Part shown: piece after piece, positions 13,228 through 27,700 of the stretch
Position numbering within the stretch: position 1 is the stretch's first letter
Layout: every line of letters starts with the position of its first letter
NCBI RefSeq assembly: GCF_964194155.1
Contig: NC_135916.1
Location: forward strand, 992,001 to 1,056,000
DNA from: Cetorhinus maximus
Taxonomy: Eukaryota
Direction of reading: 5' to 3'
Length of the DNA: 64,000 bases
Translations under genes and position numbers: made by a program
Notes under the pieces: generated by a model
Told to the model about the DNA's origin: nothing
What the model saw: only the letters and a program-made list of their open reading frames with translations
The model's database searches: none

Positions 13228-14183
13228 ATGGCTGGGCAGGTGATGTGCTGTAGCTGTATGATGTGGGAGCTGGCAGATCCCAATGCGAGCCACAGTGACC
13301 ACATCTGCAGCAAGTGTTGTTGCTGGAGGAACTCCGGCTCAGAATTGATGAGCTGGAGTCCGAGTTCTGGACACTGCGGCACCTTCGGGAGGGGGACAGT
13401 TACCTGGACGCTTTGTATCAGGAGGCGGTCTTACCTGGTAGATTAAGTACCTCAAATCCGGTCAGTGGTCAGGGTCAGCAGGGTGTGACTGCAATTGAGG
13501 CAGGTAGAGGGATCCTGTGTTCAGTAAGTGAGGACCCTCAGCTCTTGACCTTGTCCAACAGGTACGACGTACTTGCTCCCTGTATGGATGGGGAACAGGG
13601 CTGTAGGGAGGATGAGCCAGCTGACCACGGCACCATGGCACAGGAGGCCCTTCAAGAGGGGGGAGCACAGAGACAAGTGGTAGTTGTAGGGGATTCTATA
13701 ATTAGGGGAATTGATAGATTCCTTTGTAAGCAGGATCGAGGGTCCCGCATTGTATGTTGCCTGCCCTGTGCCAGGATGAAGGACATCTCTGACCGGCTTG
13801 AAAGGATATTGGAGAGGGAGTGGGAGGATCCAGTTGTTGTGGTCCACGTCGTGACAAATAACATAGTTCAGACTAGGAAACAGGACCTGTTTGGGGATTA
13901 TCAGGAACTAGGAACTAAATTAAAGAACAGGTCCTCAAGGGTTATAATCTCTGGATTACTACCCGAGCAACGTGCAATTTGGCATAGGGACACAAGAATA
14001 AGGGAAGTAAACACGTGGCTAAAGGAGTGGTGCGGGAAAGAGGGGTTCCATTTCGTGGGGCACTGGCATCAGTATTGGAACAGGAGGGATCTGTACCGTT
14101 GGGACGGTCTCCACCTGAACCGATCTGGGACCAATGTTCTAGCGAAAAGCGTAAGTAGAGTATTCAACAGGACTTTAAACTAG
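13228..14183 (+). pseudogene. CR1 ORF1 (zinc finger, coiled coil, SGNH esterase), frameshifted
   Basis: CxxC..CxxC, VVVGDSIIR and DGLHLN motifs; frameshift near 13320. Confidence 0.88.
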
Positions 14184-14223
14184 AAAGTGGGGGGGGGGAG
14201 GGAAGGGTAAAACTGCAAGAAAT

Positions 14224-17200
14224 ATGACTAATGGGAAACAGAGCAGCAGGTTAGCATGTGGGGTGGTGGATTCAACTTCATGGAAAATTATGAAAAAACT
14301 GAAAAGAAAGGAGAGCCCAGGAGAGGCTATTAAAGTCTCCAGAACACAAAATAGGACAGAGTGTTTGGAAAGGGCTAGGAATCTAACTTCAAGCACATCA
14401 GATAAAGGGACGACAATGAGAAAGGGGACGGGAAATACAGGACTGAAGGTGTTGTATCTGAATGCACACAGTATACGAAATAAGGTAAATGAGCTTGTGG
14501 CGCAGATTGAAATTGGCAGGTATGATCTGGTGGGCATTACGGAGACATGGCTGCAAGGGGATCAGGGCTGGGAGCTAAATATCCAAAGATATACAACCTA
14601 TCGAAAAGATAGGCAGATTGGCAGAGGAGGTGGGGTTGCTTTGTTAGTAAGAAATGAAATTAAATCGATAGCAAGAAATGATGTAGGGTCAGAGGATGTA
14701 GAATCTGTGTGGTTAGAGTTGAGGAACCACAAAGGTAAAAAAAAACATAATGGGATTTATGTACAGGCCTCTGAACAGTAGTCAGGATGTGGGCCACAAG
14801 ATACACCAGGAGATAGAAAAGGCGTGTAAGAAAGGCAAGTTTACAGTGATCATGGAGGATTTCAATATGCAGGTAGAATGGGAAAATCAGCTTGGTAGTG
14901 GATCCCAAGAAAAGGAATTTGTGGAATGTCTACACGATGGCTTTTTGGAGCAGCTTGTGGTGGAGCCCACTAGGGAACAGGCAATTCTAGATTTAGTGAT
15001 GTGTAATGAGGCAGCTAAGGGAGCTAAAGGTGAAGGAACCCTTAGGAGGAAGTGACCATATTATGATAGAATTTACCCTGCAATTTGAGAGGAAAAAGCT
15101 GGAATCAGATGTAACGGTATTACAGTTGAATAAAGGCAACTACAGAGGCATGAGGGAGGAGCTGGCCAGAATTGACTGGGAGATAAGCCTAGCAGGAAAG
15201 ACAGTGGAACATCAATGGTAGGAGTTTCTGGGAGTAATTTGGGAGAAAAAGCAAAAATTCATCCCTAGGAAGAAGAAGCATACTAAAGGGAGGATGAGGA
15301 AACCATGGCTGACAAGGGAAGTCCGGGACAGCATAAAAGCTGAAGAGAAAGCATACAATGCGACGAAGAGCAGTGGGAAACCAGGGGATTGGGAAGCCTA
15401 CAAAGACCAACAGAGGACAACTAAAAAAGAAATAAGGAGGGAGAAGATTAAATATGAGGGTAAACAAACAGTAATATAAAAGAAGATTGCAAAAATTTTT
15501 TTTACATATATAAAGGGCAAGAGAGAGGCAAAAGTGGATATTGGGCCGCTGGAAAATGACGCTGGAGAAGGATTAGTGGGGAACAAAGAAATGGCGGAGG
15601 AACTGAATAGGTACTTTGCGACAGTCTTCACAGTGGAAGACACGAGTGACATGCCCAAAGTTCAAGAGAGTCGGGGGACAGAGGTGAGTATGGTGGCAAT
15701 TAACAATAAGAAGGGGCTAGGAAAACTGAAAGGTCTGAAGGTGGATAAATGACCTGGACCAGATGGATTACACCCCAGAGTTCTGAAGGAGATAGCTGAA
15801 GAGACAGTGGAGGCGTTAGTGGTGATCTTTCAGGAATCACTGGACTCAGGGATGTTCCCAGAGGACTGGAAAATCGCTAATGTAACCCCCTTGTTTAAGA
15901 AGGGAGTGAGGCAAAAGTCGGGAAATTACAGGTTTAATAGCCTGACTTCTGTCATTGGTAAGATTTTAGAGTCCATTATTAAGGATGAGATTTCAGAATA
16001 CTTGGAAGTGCATGGTAAAATCGGGCAAAGTCAGCATGGTTTCATCCAAGGGAGGTCATGCCTGACAAATCTGTTAGAATACTTTGAGGATGTAACGAGT
16101 AGGTTAGACAAAGGAAAGCCAATGGATGTTATGTATTTGGACTTCCAGAAGGCCTTTGACAAGGTGCCACACAGGATGCTGATCAGTAAGATAAGAGCCC
16201 ATGGTGTTAGAGGCAAGGTACTAGCATGGATAGAAGATTGGCTGTCTGGCAGAAGGCAGAGAATGGGCATAGGGGGGTCCACCCCAGGATGGCGGCCGGT
16301 GAGTAGTGGAGTTTTGGAGGGGTCAGTGTTGGGACCACAACTTATCACTTTATATATTAATGATCTAGTTGAAGGAACTGAGGGCATCCTGGCTAAGTTT
16401 GCAGATGATATAAAGATAGGTGGAGGGACAGGTAGTATTGAGGAGGCGGGGAGGCTGCAGAAGGATTTGGACAGGTTTGGAGAATGGGCAAAGAAGTGAC
16501 AGATGGAATACAACGTGGGGAAGTGTGAGGTCATGCATTTTGGTAGGAAGAATAGAGGCATAGACTATTTTCTAAATGGGGAGAGAATTCAGAAATCTGG
16601 ATTGCAAAGGGACTTGGGAGTGCTAGTCCAGGATTCCCTTAAGGTTAACTGCAGGTTGAGTCATTAGTTAGGAAGGCAAATGCAATGTTGGCATTTACTT
16701 CGAGAGGACTAGAATATAAAAGCAGGGATGTGGTGCTGAGGGTTTCTAAGGCTCTGGTCAGACCACATTTAGAATATTGTAAGCAATTTTGGGCCCCGTA
16801 TCTCAGGAAGGATGTGCTGGCCCTGGAGAGGGTCCAGAGGAGGTTCATGAGAATGATCCCAGGAATGAAAAGCTTAACATATGAGGAACGTTTGAGGACT
16901 CTGGGTCAATACTCGATGGAGTTTAGAAGGATGAGGGGGGATCTGATTGAAACTTACAGAATACTGAAAGGCCTGGATAGAATTGACGTGGGGAAGATGT
17001 TTCCATTAGTAGGAGAGACTAGGACCCAAGGGCACAGCCTCAGAGTAAAGGGCAGACCTTTTAGAACAGAAATGATGAAAAACTTCTTTAGCCAGAGAGT
17101 GGTGAATCTATGGAAATCAATGCCACAGAAGGCTGTGGAGGCCAGGTCACTGAGTGCATTTAAGACCGAGGTAGATAGGTTCTTCATTGGTAAGGGAATC

Positions 17201-17236
17201 AAAAGTTACGGGGAGAAGGTGGGAGTATGGGGTTGA
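14224..17236 (+). pseudogene. CR1 ORF2 (APE endonuclease and RT), broken into several frames
   Basis: YLNAHS, ITETWL, SDH, YLDFQKAFD and FADD motifs; multiple stops and frameshifts. Confidence 0.92.
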
Positions 17237-17767
17237 GAAACTTATCAGCCATGATTTAATGCGGGGCAGACTCGATGGGCCGAATGGCCTAATTTCTGCT
17301 ACTATGTCTTATGGTCTTATGATGCGCGAAAGTGCCTCCATACATAACTGGACTTCTCTGGGTGTTGAGATTGGGATAAAAGGCAATTGGTGAAATTGTG
17401 ACATCTCAGTTCAGGAGGAGCAACGTTAAAAGGGAAATCTAGAGCGACTGGGAGCAGATAATTTGTATTGTCACCAGAAATAAACATCTTGATGTGAGCT
17501 ATTCAGACAATTACTTGAAATCATATATGTTTGGCACTACCGCGGAATCTGCGAATCAGACTCTCTGCGGGTCCAATGCCTCAGAGTGTTTAATGTTAGC
17601 TGAATTCACAATCGACAGCAAATAAATAGAAACCGGAGCAAGGATCGAAAAGAGAAGGAAATCTCTACCGAGACATTCACAATTGTTCATCTTGTTGCCA
17701 ATGAACCTTTAAATGTGAACATTGTGTAAGAGAGTGTTTGAAGTGGGCGGGCGAGTCAGAGGATTGA

Positions 17768-18187
17768 AACTGTGTTTGTGTGACCGTTCTGATCAGGACA
17801 TTTCCGAGTCCCGCTTAGGTAAAATAAAAATAATTTCCAAAGAAATACACCCCCTGCTCCCCAGCTTGACGCCAAAGTGAGATTTCAAGACAATTTCTTT
17901 GTTGTTTTCTAGATTTCAGACTAAAAGTAGAGGACATGTCATCGATCGGGTGAAGGAGCCGCAGTTAATCGGGTTTAAATCGAAATTGGAGTCTTCAATT
18001 CGAGTGAAATATTTTCGACAGCGAACATTACAGTGTCAGAGATGAGAAGGATTCAGTCTGGGACACTGCAGAGCCGGAATTTCCATGGAATTGGGAAGTT
18101 TGTGAGGAGAGAAAAACACAGAGAGGCAGCAGCAGCCTGGAGCTGACAGCAGCCTGTCTCCGCCCCGTCCGCTCGCTGCCTTTAAGT
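17768..18187 (+). promoter_or_regulatory. H1 promoter: TG box-like, AC box, GC box, TATA-like
   Basis: TGTGTTT at ~17772, AAACACA at ~18114, CCGCCCC-GTCCGC, TTTAAG; same before H1 at 33657 and 52029. Confidence 0.7.
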
Positions 18188-18266
18188 TGCTCAGTGCCGC
18201 CACCAGCGGCTTCATTTCTCAGCCCGTTCAGATTGACAGAGACACTTCTGTGCAGAGTCCCGGAAC

Positions 18267-18923
18267 ATGACCGATACTGCAGCCGCCGAAACGGCTCCTC
18301 CAGCCGCTCCCGCCGCCCAGGTCAAGACTCCCAAGAAGAAGAAGAAGGCGGCTCCCCGGAGCAGTGCAGCCGGTCCCAAGCTGGGCGAGCAGATCCTCAA
18401 GGTTGTGGCGGATTGCAGCGATCGCAAGGGGATGTCGCTGCCCGCGATCAAGAAGGCGCTGCGCGGCAAAGGGCTGGATGTGGAGAAACTCGGCTCCCAG
18501 ATCAAGCAAAGCGTCAAGAGGAATGTGAAGAATGGCTTCCTGGTTCAGGTCAAGGGCACGGGCGCCTCGGGCTCCTTCAAAGTCCCTAAGAACACAACCC
18601 CGGGGAAAGTGGGAAAGAAGGCGAAGGCAGCAGCTGGCAAGAAATCTCCAGTGAAGAAAGCGGCAGCCAAGAAGGTGACAGCAAAGAAAGCAGCGGCCAA
18701 AAAAACTCCAGTCAAGAAAGCAACGGCCAAGAAATCTCCAGTCAAGAAAGCAGCGGCCAAGAAATCCCCAGCGAAGAAAGCAGCGGCCAAGAAAACAGCC
18801 AAGAAGGCGGCAACTCCCAAAAAACCGGTGAAGAAAGCAGCCCCCAAGAAAAAGTCTCCGGCCAAGAAGGTGACGGGCGTCAAAAAAGTGGCGATAGCGA
18901 GGGCCAAGCCCAAAACGAGATAA
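18267..18923 (+). CDS. H1: Histone H1
   Basis: 218 aa; globular domain ending KGTGASGSFK; K/A/P-rich tail. Confidence 0.97.
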   Translation: MTDTAAAETAPPAAPAAQVKTPKKKKKAAPRSSAAGPKLGEQILKVVADCSDRKGMSLPAIKKALRGKGLDVEKLGSQIKQSVKRNVKNGFLVQVKGTGASGSFKVPKNTTPGKVGKKAKAAAGKKSPVKKAAAKKVTAKKAAAKKTPVKKATAKKSPVKKAAAKKSPAKKAAAKKTAKKAATPKKPVKKAAPKKKSPAKKVTGVKKVAIARAKPKTR

Positions 18924-18981
18924 GCAAAGACAGAAAAGAAGGGAAACGTCCCGAGCAAATTGTAAACCTCTAAACCCAAAA

Positions 18982-19022
18982 GGCTCTTTTCAGAGCCACC
19001 CACATTTCACACGAAAGAGCTG
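18982..19022 (+). terminator. Histone stem-loop and HDE of H1
   Basis: GGCTCTTTTCAGAGCC-ACCCA then GAAAGAGCTG. Confidence 0.93.
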
Positions 19023-19583
19023 ATCCCCTGATCATTTGATCCCTGTCTCCGCGCTGGGAGCTGATTTCAGGTGGAAATGTTTTATTTTCCTGTAAATCCA
19101 ATATTCCCGCTGACTCCCTGAAATGCGCTTCACCCGCACTTCCACTCCCTCCCCCTACTCCGACACTCATTCCTGCAACAACACACATCGATAACCTTTC
19201 CGATTCGTATCCGGGGTGTGTCCAAGAGCAGTTAATGTTTATCTTCCTTTCTTTATTCAAATATTCAGGGTGGGAGTCTGCAATAGAGAAACCAGGTGTA
19301 AAGGAAACTCCTCACAGCTGACACCCAAACCCATTATTTTCTCTCATTCGGTTGGGAGATGTTGGCTAAATTCCCAATCACTGTGGGAGCGGAGGTGTGG
19401 GTGGGGATGGAATTGGAGCTGGGGTTGAAATCGAAGCAGAAATTGACTCGTAAGGAAAGTTCATTATTGAGGCGGAAATGAGACGGACAAGACGATGTTT
19501 AATAGATTCGAGTTGCTAATTAGCTGCTTCATCATATTCAAGTGTGTAAGTTCTGTTCAAAGACTCTGTTCACTTCCCTTTAG

Positions 19584-19886
<303 letters not shown>

Positions 19887-21164
19887 ACAAATCGACCCGA
19901 CTCTATAACAAAACCCAAAGGCTCTTCTAAGAGCCGCCCACAACCTCACCTTGAGAGCAAGTGACCTCAGAGCGGGAGAGGGAAAGCGATATGTCGTTTT
20001 ATATAAACACAGCGTTTCCATCTGCGCATTTTCCATTAACAATATGATCGTGAGTCACACAAGTTTCATGGTTTAATTTAGTTCGGTTTTCAGGAATTCG
20101 TTTCCATGATTCCTGCCGAAACTCGATTCAAAGCTTGACTGAGGAACACGACAGCTCCCAAACTAACACCGAGTTCACAAGATAAAGGCCATCATTTATT
20201 ACACTTTAATCAGGAGTAACTATTTTGAGACACATCATTCTCGCTTCTTCGCCCCATTATCACCCTGTCTTTTTTCTTCGCCATCTGTTCCTGGGTCGTT
20301 GAGACATGACAGGGTGTGGGGGGTACCAGTATACCAGCTTTTAATGGATTAGCCTGTTCCGATGCAGCATGTTGTCTAGTTCCAGGGAGCACTGAACAAC
20401 TTTATTCTGGCCTGTATCAGGGCGATCAATGAAATAACCCGAATTTAAACGGGAATGTAAGGCGAATATTGAGAGGCTGATAGAAAAATCTGACTACACT
20501 TAATCACCTCGATTCTGCATCTCAGGACGGACGGAAGGGTGAAGTGGATGATCTGCTTTTGGTGCATGGTTTGGACTGCGAAGATGCATTTACGCACATT
20601 GTGGAAGATAGTTCAAATATGTAAACTTAGATATTAACTTGATTTACAGAAAGGGTGCGCAATCCGCCCACCCACATCGCCTCCCCCAGCCATAAAACAC
20701 TAGAAACAAGAGCCAAGCCATTCTCTCTATAACATCTATAGGGCTTTGACATGAATAAACCGATAAGGTTGATCAGTTTTAAATGTGAGACCCAAAATTC
20801 CGCCCATCAATAGGAGTTTTATTCCAGCCTGCTGTAAACCGATCAGGGAATGAATGAGAATTTAATCCACGTTCAGAAGCCGGAAGTCGGAGCTGGGACC
20901 GAAATGGGGCTCGCAAACATTGAGACCTTGTGATATTTGTCCATTCAGATTGATTTTATCTGCCTTCAAACTAGGTTTATTTTAATGTCAGTTACTCGTC
21001 CCTTTGAAATTGGCGGGCATTGTGAAATTGATGAACTGTCAGTTTCTGCTCCACCAATCAGGGCCCAGGAATCCATGCAGCCCGCTGCTCTTTTCAAATT
21101 TCTCGGCGGGATTGCGCTGCATCCAATCAGGACAGGAGGGAGGTGACGGACATGTCTTAAATAG

Positions 21165-21632
<468 letters not shown>

Positions 21633-21948
21633 AAACCCGACCCCCAGCACCATGTGCAACAAAGGCTCTTTTAAGAGCCACCAAGTCGGTCAGAGAAAGA
21701 GCTGCGATCTATTGTTAAAAGACGCCACCTCTTCTGCATATAATTTTCATTGTATTTCACCCTATACCTTTCCTTTGCTACATTTGTTGGGCTTTGGAGA
21801 ACATTTGAAAGACGGTTATTTTATTATTCCAGGAACGTTTTCCCAAGTAGTGACAATTGAGGAAAACACACATCCCATTGGCTTCTGCACGTTATCAGTT
21901 ACATCTCTGTTTGAGTGACCAATGTGGAGGGTCCACGCATTGACTTAT

Positions 21949-22135
21949 CTTATACCTTTGGGAGGAATGGCGGTGCGATCAATGCTTATTGGTCCATTTT
22001 ATTACAGCTGGTAATGTTCCTTTATATTACCAATCAGATCTCTGCTTGATTCACCAACGTGGAGACGTCACGTGGTTGACTTCCTAAAGTAATGGCGCGA
22101 AATCGTCAGTTACTAACCCATTATATATTTCAAAT
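21949..22135 (-). promoter_or_regulatory. Orphan H2A promoter homolog with no CDS
   Basis: Colinear with 3389-3570 (TTATACC..GGAGGAATGG..TTACCAATCAGAT..ATTATATATTTCAAA). Confidence 0.75.
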
Positions 22136-24312
22136 TTGGAAAGACCGCACTGAAATCGTAATAGCTAATTCCCTTTTTAAATTATAACAATGCACGATTC
22201 ACCCAACTCTTTCCATCTTTTGGACATCCTGCAGCTTACCTGTATCTGTTAGTTTCTGACTTTTGAGTGCGGAGTTTCATGTCTCTGACATGAAGCAGAA
22301 ATTAAAGCGCCAATTTTGCAGGAACCGAGCCTTTGTTTTATTGAACATTGAAAAGCCCGACGAAACGTGTGTAAAACGAATAATTAATTTGATACAGAAT
22401 ATTGCCTTAACATATAACACAGTCATTTCCATTTTTTAAAAGATTGGTCTCCCTTACTGCACTATATCATATTTGGTCACAAGCCCCAAATTCGCTTTTA
22501 AGATCCGGAATCCATTCGGGTTTAATCTCGGACCTTTTTTCCAGTCCTCTTTCTCTTTGTTCAACATATTCTGGCATGTGAATATGGGCTTTTGTTAGGA
22601 CTCTCTGCACCTTGTATATCATTGTCCGTTCTTTGAATATGATGCTCACTTTTCAACTTTTTAATGTAGCATGCGAACATGGATTTTAATCAGGACTTAT
22701 CAGTTGTTGACTGTGTATAAGTGTCATATTCATTCTGTATGTATCAGCCTCTGGTGCTGTGTATGAATGTTGCTAACCTTTGTTATGTGCCTGTTGTGGT
22801 TCTGTATATGGCTGCAGAATTAATACTCTAAATGTAAATTTTGGACCCTGTGGGCATTGAATTCGTTTTTTTCTTTCACCATATCTGTTAAGAATTGATG
22901 AGTTGTGTGTTTTATTAAGTGTTTTCAGTTACTTGAATACTGTGATAGAGTTGAATTAATCCTGTACCCACCAGTGTGTTGCATTGTATGTGGATGAATA
23001 CATTTTGCCCTCTGTGTAGTACTCTGTACCTGCTATGTATGGAAGAGTGCATTCATTCTATCTGCAATATTTTCTGGTACTATCCGTGAGAGAGGGATTC
23101 CATCTGAATCTATCAATATCTGGAACTAAATGTGAGAATGAAGTTGATACGGATCCAGCCAAGCTGTTTGAGAACAATATTTTTTTGTGTGTCAGTCAAT
23201 CTGGGCAATTTTATGTCATTGTGGGTTTTTGGCTCTGCGTCCTTAAGACTTTTCTAAAAAGATTTGTGTATGTCTGTGGCTCCTGCTCTCCATTTAATTC
23301 CCTGCTACTCTATATGTGGTTGAATAATGCATTGCTTCCAAATATATTGTTAGTTTCTTGCTCTATATTTATTAGTCCCTTAAATTGATGGAGTGTGTAT
23401 TCACTCATTTAGCTGACAGTGAGTGTGATTCATTCAAATTATCCCTGCATCTGCTATTGCATGGGAATGTGCCACTCTCTGCATGTCTTTCAGTGCCTAG
23501 TACAATGCATGATTTTGGGATTAAATTGTACATGACAGCGTCGGGTAAGGTATGTGTTTGTGGAGTTATTTCTATGATGTTATGGCCTCTATGATTCTAT
23601 ATGAATGAGATTATTTTGGTATCCTTCAGTTTCAGGTAGGCTAAGTGAATGTGGGGTTCATTATTTATCTTTCAGCCTTGGTGCTTTCCAAGAGTAAGTA
23701 CTAAGGGTAAACAAGAAATGTTCAGAGAACTTACATTATGATTCTTAGTGAGAATATTGATATGGCACATGTTGTGTATTAAGGTCTGTATTCATTAAAA
23801 TTATATTTTACCTTTATTTCAGATATTGTATGAGATCTTTGGTGTGTAATTTAATATGTTCCTCTGCGTGGCGTCTGGGTACATTCTTAGCTTCACATAT
23901 ACAGCTGATTGAAATGCACAGATTTAATGCTAAGACTCCACTCTTGTGAAAGGAATGGATTGTCTTTCAATCTGAAAAAGTTTTGGGCCAGGATTGATGG
24001 GCCTACCATTCTGTGACACTCATTGAGTTTGAATTGGGGATCATATTCTGTCTCCCCTGTCGTGTTTGAATGTTGTATTGAACATGTCTGCCCATTTTTG
24101 GTTTAACCTATAACATGGGTTCTACCAATGTTATAGCCATAAGTTATATTCTGTAGTTGCATAGGAGTTCAAAAATGGTACTCAATCTGTAGCTCTGTGA
24201 AAACAATTGTGAATAGCTACATCACCTTCAATCAACTATATAGCCTCAAATGTAATTGATGCAGTTTGTAGTCAAGGAATTACCATTGTACCTTTATTCA
24301 TGCAGAGCTTTT

Positions 24313-24794
24313 CATAGAATCACAGAATCACACAGTGCAGATGAGGTCCTTCAGCCCATCGAGACTGCAACAACACGTGAGAAACAGCTGACCTACCTAC
24401 CTAATCCCATTTATCAGCACTTGGCCCCTTAGCCTTGAATGTGATGATGTGCCAAGTGCTCATCCAAGTACTTTTTAAAGGATGTGAGGCAACACACCTC
24501 CACCACCCTCCCAGGCAGCGCATTCCAAACCGCCACCACCCTCTGGGTAAAAATTTGTTCCTCACATCCTTCATAAACCTCTTGCCGCTCACCTTGAACT
24601 TACGCCCCCTTGTGACTGACTCTTCAGCCAAGGGGAACAGCTGCTCCCTATCCACCCTGCACATGCCTCTCATAATCTTGCACACCTCGCTCAGGTCGCC
24701 CCTCAGCCTTCTCTGCTCCAACGAAAACAACCCAAGACTATTCAACCTCTCTTCATAACTTAAATGTTTCATCCCAGGCAACATCCTGGTGAAT
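24313..24794 (-). mobile_element. CR1 3' fragment
   Basis: LSYEERL..LGLFSLEQRRLRGDL; ATTCTGTG-type tail. Confidence 0.9.
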
Positions 24795-27700
24795 ATTTTC
24801 TTAGACTGCTATGAAATATATAGCCCTGACTAAATTCTGAGGTACTGCATTGCAATTTATTAAGTAACGTACAGTGAGCTATCTTTTTTCTGTTCTGGCT
24901 AAGAAGATTTAAGTAATATCTGATGAGAATGAAAGAGAGAGTATGATATTTGTTGTGTTTTCTTTTAATCCTTTGATTGGTCTGCTGGATTATATGGTAG
25001 ATGGAAATATAAACCATATTAAGACTCTCCGGAGCAGTTTGTCTTTTGGATTGAACAGTTGTCTCTTCCCTTTGAAACAGTGTGGGAATGAATAATTATT
25101 TACTCGTGACAGTGGACATAATGACCTGGCAGCATCTCTGTTCTCTGTGAACGATGCTGCAAGTATCTTGTGTTGGAACAAGCTCACTTTTCATCTTGCT
25201 TATGTTATAACTTTTATAGTTGTCACTATTATGTATCCACCTTAGTTACTAGCCTCATCTGTCGATGCATAGCATTGTTTGTGAGCTGAGATTTGTTCAC
25301 TTCTTTTTAAATTGATCATTTCAACCATTTTATGTGTACCATTGTTTCCACTGCATATTAATTTATTAATTTGCAGGCCTGTACTATTATTTGAGTAATG
25401 TTTCCATTTTTAAAAATGATGCTGAATTTCACTTTCATAACATATGGGTGAAAAGATTATTTTGTCATCTTATTGGAATTGGGATCCCCCTTCTTTGCTG
25501 CAATTAATTCTATGAATTGCATGTAAAGTCACTGGGATCCATTTAGGTATTTTAACCTGTATCAAATATATTATTTTCGCTGGAATGGAAGTGTGAAGTT
25601 GGTCTGTAACTCTCAGGATTTGTTTGTAATTACACTGCACGTTAATTTTTGCTGTGAGTGACTGACTGTTTAGAAAATCCACCCATGTCATTTTTTTTTT
25701 TAGCATAAGATGTGTTTCATTCTCTATTTTACAGTTTTGTTTTATAAATGAGTGTAAGTTCTGTATAATTGTGTGCATTTTCAGGTATGTGAGTATGATT
25801 AGTTTTTATTCTCCTGTTGTATTTATTAATTTCTAAGATGCCAAAATGTGATTTTGACATGGTGCCTGTCAGTTACTGGTAAGTGAGTGCTAGTGTTACA
25901 CTGTCCCTGTGAATATCTGTTGTATGAGCATTACTTTGTAGCACTTCATTACTTGCAAGTGACTTTTTTTTCTCCCTCTTTGTGGCATGTGAATGTGAAT
26001 ATGTGTGTTGCTCTTACTTGGCATTTGACAGTTTTGTTACGTGTCTGGTAAGTTAATGTGAATTTACACTCTTTCTTTTTCAGTTTTTAACATGTAAACA
26101 TGTATTTGAGACTGATTCCCAATCTCTGGCATGAAAATTAGGAAATACCATAAATGTTTCAGTTTTTTATTCTGGATGTGTCACAAATATTCTTTAATCA
26201 TTCTTCTCTTGTAAAGAAATTCTAAGATTTACTCAGATTCTCTTAGTAATGTTATGAAATTGTGTGATTATTGAACTGTGTGTAAGCCTGTCTGTGTGTG
26301 TGCACCTGTCTGTGTGTGTGTGGGTGTGTGTGTGGGTGTGTGTGCCTGTTTATGCTCCTTTTGTCTATCTTATGTGTGAATGGACTTTTCTCTCTATCTG
26401 TCATTTTTCAATATGTACATGTGCACATTGACTGGCACTCACAAGTATCTGGCATGCTGGTAAAGGTACATTTTGTACATATCCAGTTTTAGCTTTTCCC
26501 TTAGGATAGCCTTGGCTTTAAGTTGTAATATTCAGCTTCTGGTATGGAAGTGTGCATGTTACCCGTACCTGACCCTTTCAGATATGAGAGTGTGGTATTC
26601 AAATTGTCTGCTCGTTTCTAGCCTCTGATGTGAGCATTTTTACTTTTGTTAAAGTTAGCATTTTTAATGAGACTCTGCATTTACTGTGAATTTCAGTATC
26701 TGATCTACGATTGTGGATTTTAATCAGTCCTGATTTGTTTCTGTTTGGGATTGATATCTCTGTTATAGGAGTGATATATTCCATTCTGTTATTGTCACTT
26801 TCTAATGAGGTGAACGATCCTTTTTGATCAGAATCTGTTTAATTTTGGTGCCTGAATATGGGATTTCCTTTGCAATTGTCAGATTTTGACATGAAGGAAT
26901 GTTTATAATCTGTAGCAAAAGCAAAAACAAAATATCTACAGGTGGATGCTTGAAATCTCAAGAAAAAGGAAACACAATTGCTGGAAATACTGAGCAGGCC
27001 AGACAACATCTGTGGAGTCAGGAGCTGAATTACCCTCCACCTGAAAATTCTGACATCAGAAAAGGTCATTGAACTGTCATGTTCACTCTCAGCCTTTCTG
27101 AACAGGTGCTGGCTTCCTTGCTGAGTATTTCCTGCATTGTTGGTGTTTCTTCCTACCCTTGTACGTGTTAATTTCCAACAAGTGAATATGGCATCACTGT
27201 GCACCTGCCAATGTCTGACAAATATGTTTCACTTCTATTCTGACAGGGTTTCAACGTAGAATTTGGTGTGCATGTGTGCACATGTGCATGTTTCTAGAAT
27301 GGTAGAAATTTTTTTTTTCTGCACTTTTCATAGAATGCTATGCGAATGTCAGTTCCCCCTGTATCTGTCACTTTTTAACATGTTACTATGAGTCTTATTG
27401 TTTACCTGTCTGTGAATGGGGATTTTAAAATGCACCAAGTTATTTGCTGCTGTGTGACTGATTTCTTTTATACATGTTTGGAATTAATTATGGGTTTTTA
27501 AAAAATATATATACTTTATTTATAAAACATCTGAAAGAAAATTTCTAAATCGCCATCACAAGAAGTGAAAACAGATTCAACTTTTAGACATGGATCACGA
27601 GATGCTTCAATACATTCAATGAATATTACAATCATTTCAATATGGTCATTACAGACAGTCAGACAGCGCAATGATATTGGAGTTATCAACATACATCATG

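Larger units (their letters stand above)
12727..17320 (+). mobile_element. Full-length disrupted CR1 LINE
   Basis: 5'UTR, ORF1, ORF2 and TCTTATGG-type tail; GATG TSD at 12723-12726 and 17321-17324; empty sites at ~31835 and ~50212. Confidence 0.93.

Noticed and set aside
18630-18880. CRISPR-like periodic repeats
   Set aside because: Coding repeats of the H1 tail with no unique spacers, in a eukaryotic context
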